64,000 bases of DNA, from positions 1 through 64,000 of the IMG/VR virus record IMGVR_UViG_3300003322_000128. The stretch is one strand, 5' to 3'. Position numbers and translations under genes: made by a program. The DNA is from a virus. Of this stretch, positions 63,701 through 64,000 are shown in pieces (the first letter of the stretch is position 1; each line of letters begins with the position of its first letter). The notes beneath the pieces are model-generated. The model ran no database searches, was not told where the DNA came from, and saw only the letters and a list, made by a program, of their open reading frames with translations.

Positions 63701-64000
63701 TGGCTAAAAAGTACATTGGTTTCAATGTTGACATTGCTGAGTCAGCCGCCCTCACCGGATTTTTGCAAGAGCTTTCTATGGGTATTAAGACATCTAGACA
63801 TATTGGTCCAGTCCTTAAGTATACCCATGTGATTATGTCACAAGCATTTACTGATTATATGTCAGTAGTTGGTCCAGCGCAGCCTTCAAGGTTCCATCAT
63901 GTCTATGAATGGGGGCAGATTGGAGACCCTACAGCTAAATTGTGGGACGATAAGCTTTTGGGAAGCGGTGCTACAAGGACAGCGACATTTTCTTGGCGGG
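63700..64000 (+). CDS. virion morphogenesis protein (partial)
   Basis: TAATG overlap; HHVYEWG; runs off the window. Confidence 0.55.
   Translation, partial: MAKKYIGFNVDIAESAALTGFLQELSMGIKTSRHIGPVLKYTHVIMSQAFTDYMSVVGPAQPSRFHHVYEWGQIGDPTAKLWDDKLLGSGATRTATFSWR

Overview
The window is about half of a large lytic siphovirus genome, most like the Streptomyces cluster BK/BE phages (Stanwilliamsviridae). The host inference rests on WhiB, SsgA, Lsr2 and Rpf-like genes and an rrn-leader-like element. Layout: (i) 1-35.2 kb, + strand accessory genes (sirtuin tail, macrodomain, rIIA/rIIB, phosphoesterases, NADAR, RNA ligase, HNHs, NlpC/P60, kinase-like protein, many small ORFs) with scattered tRNAs; (ii) about 35.2-36.9 kb, a largely non-coding control region, probably the genome-end junction; (iii) 36.9-43.1 kb, GC-richer, probably first-expressed small genes separated by long hairpins; (iv) 43.6-48.2 kb, a minus-strand block (C5 methylase, PnuC-like, ThyX, tRNA cluster, Rpf-like); (v) 48.3-64 kb, glycosyltransferases, class II RNR, endolysin, portal, protease/scaffold, major capsid and head-completion genes. 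The strongest unexplained signals are non-coding. About 37 strand-polar intergenic elements consist of a sequence-variable hairpin followed immediately by AAGCT(T). An apparent copy of the Streptomyces rRNA-operon leader (boxB/boxA) heads the putative early transcript, followed by a large structured RNA and a gene looped out by a 25-bp stem. The region just upstream holds DnaA boxes and other host-type operator sites. Several non-canonical tRNAs and candidate small RNAs are also present. All calls were made by eye, without database searches.
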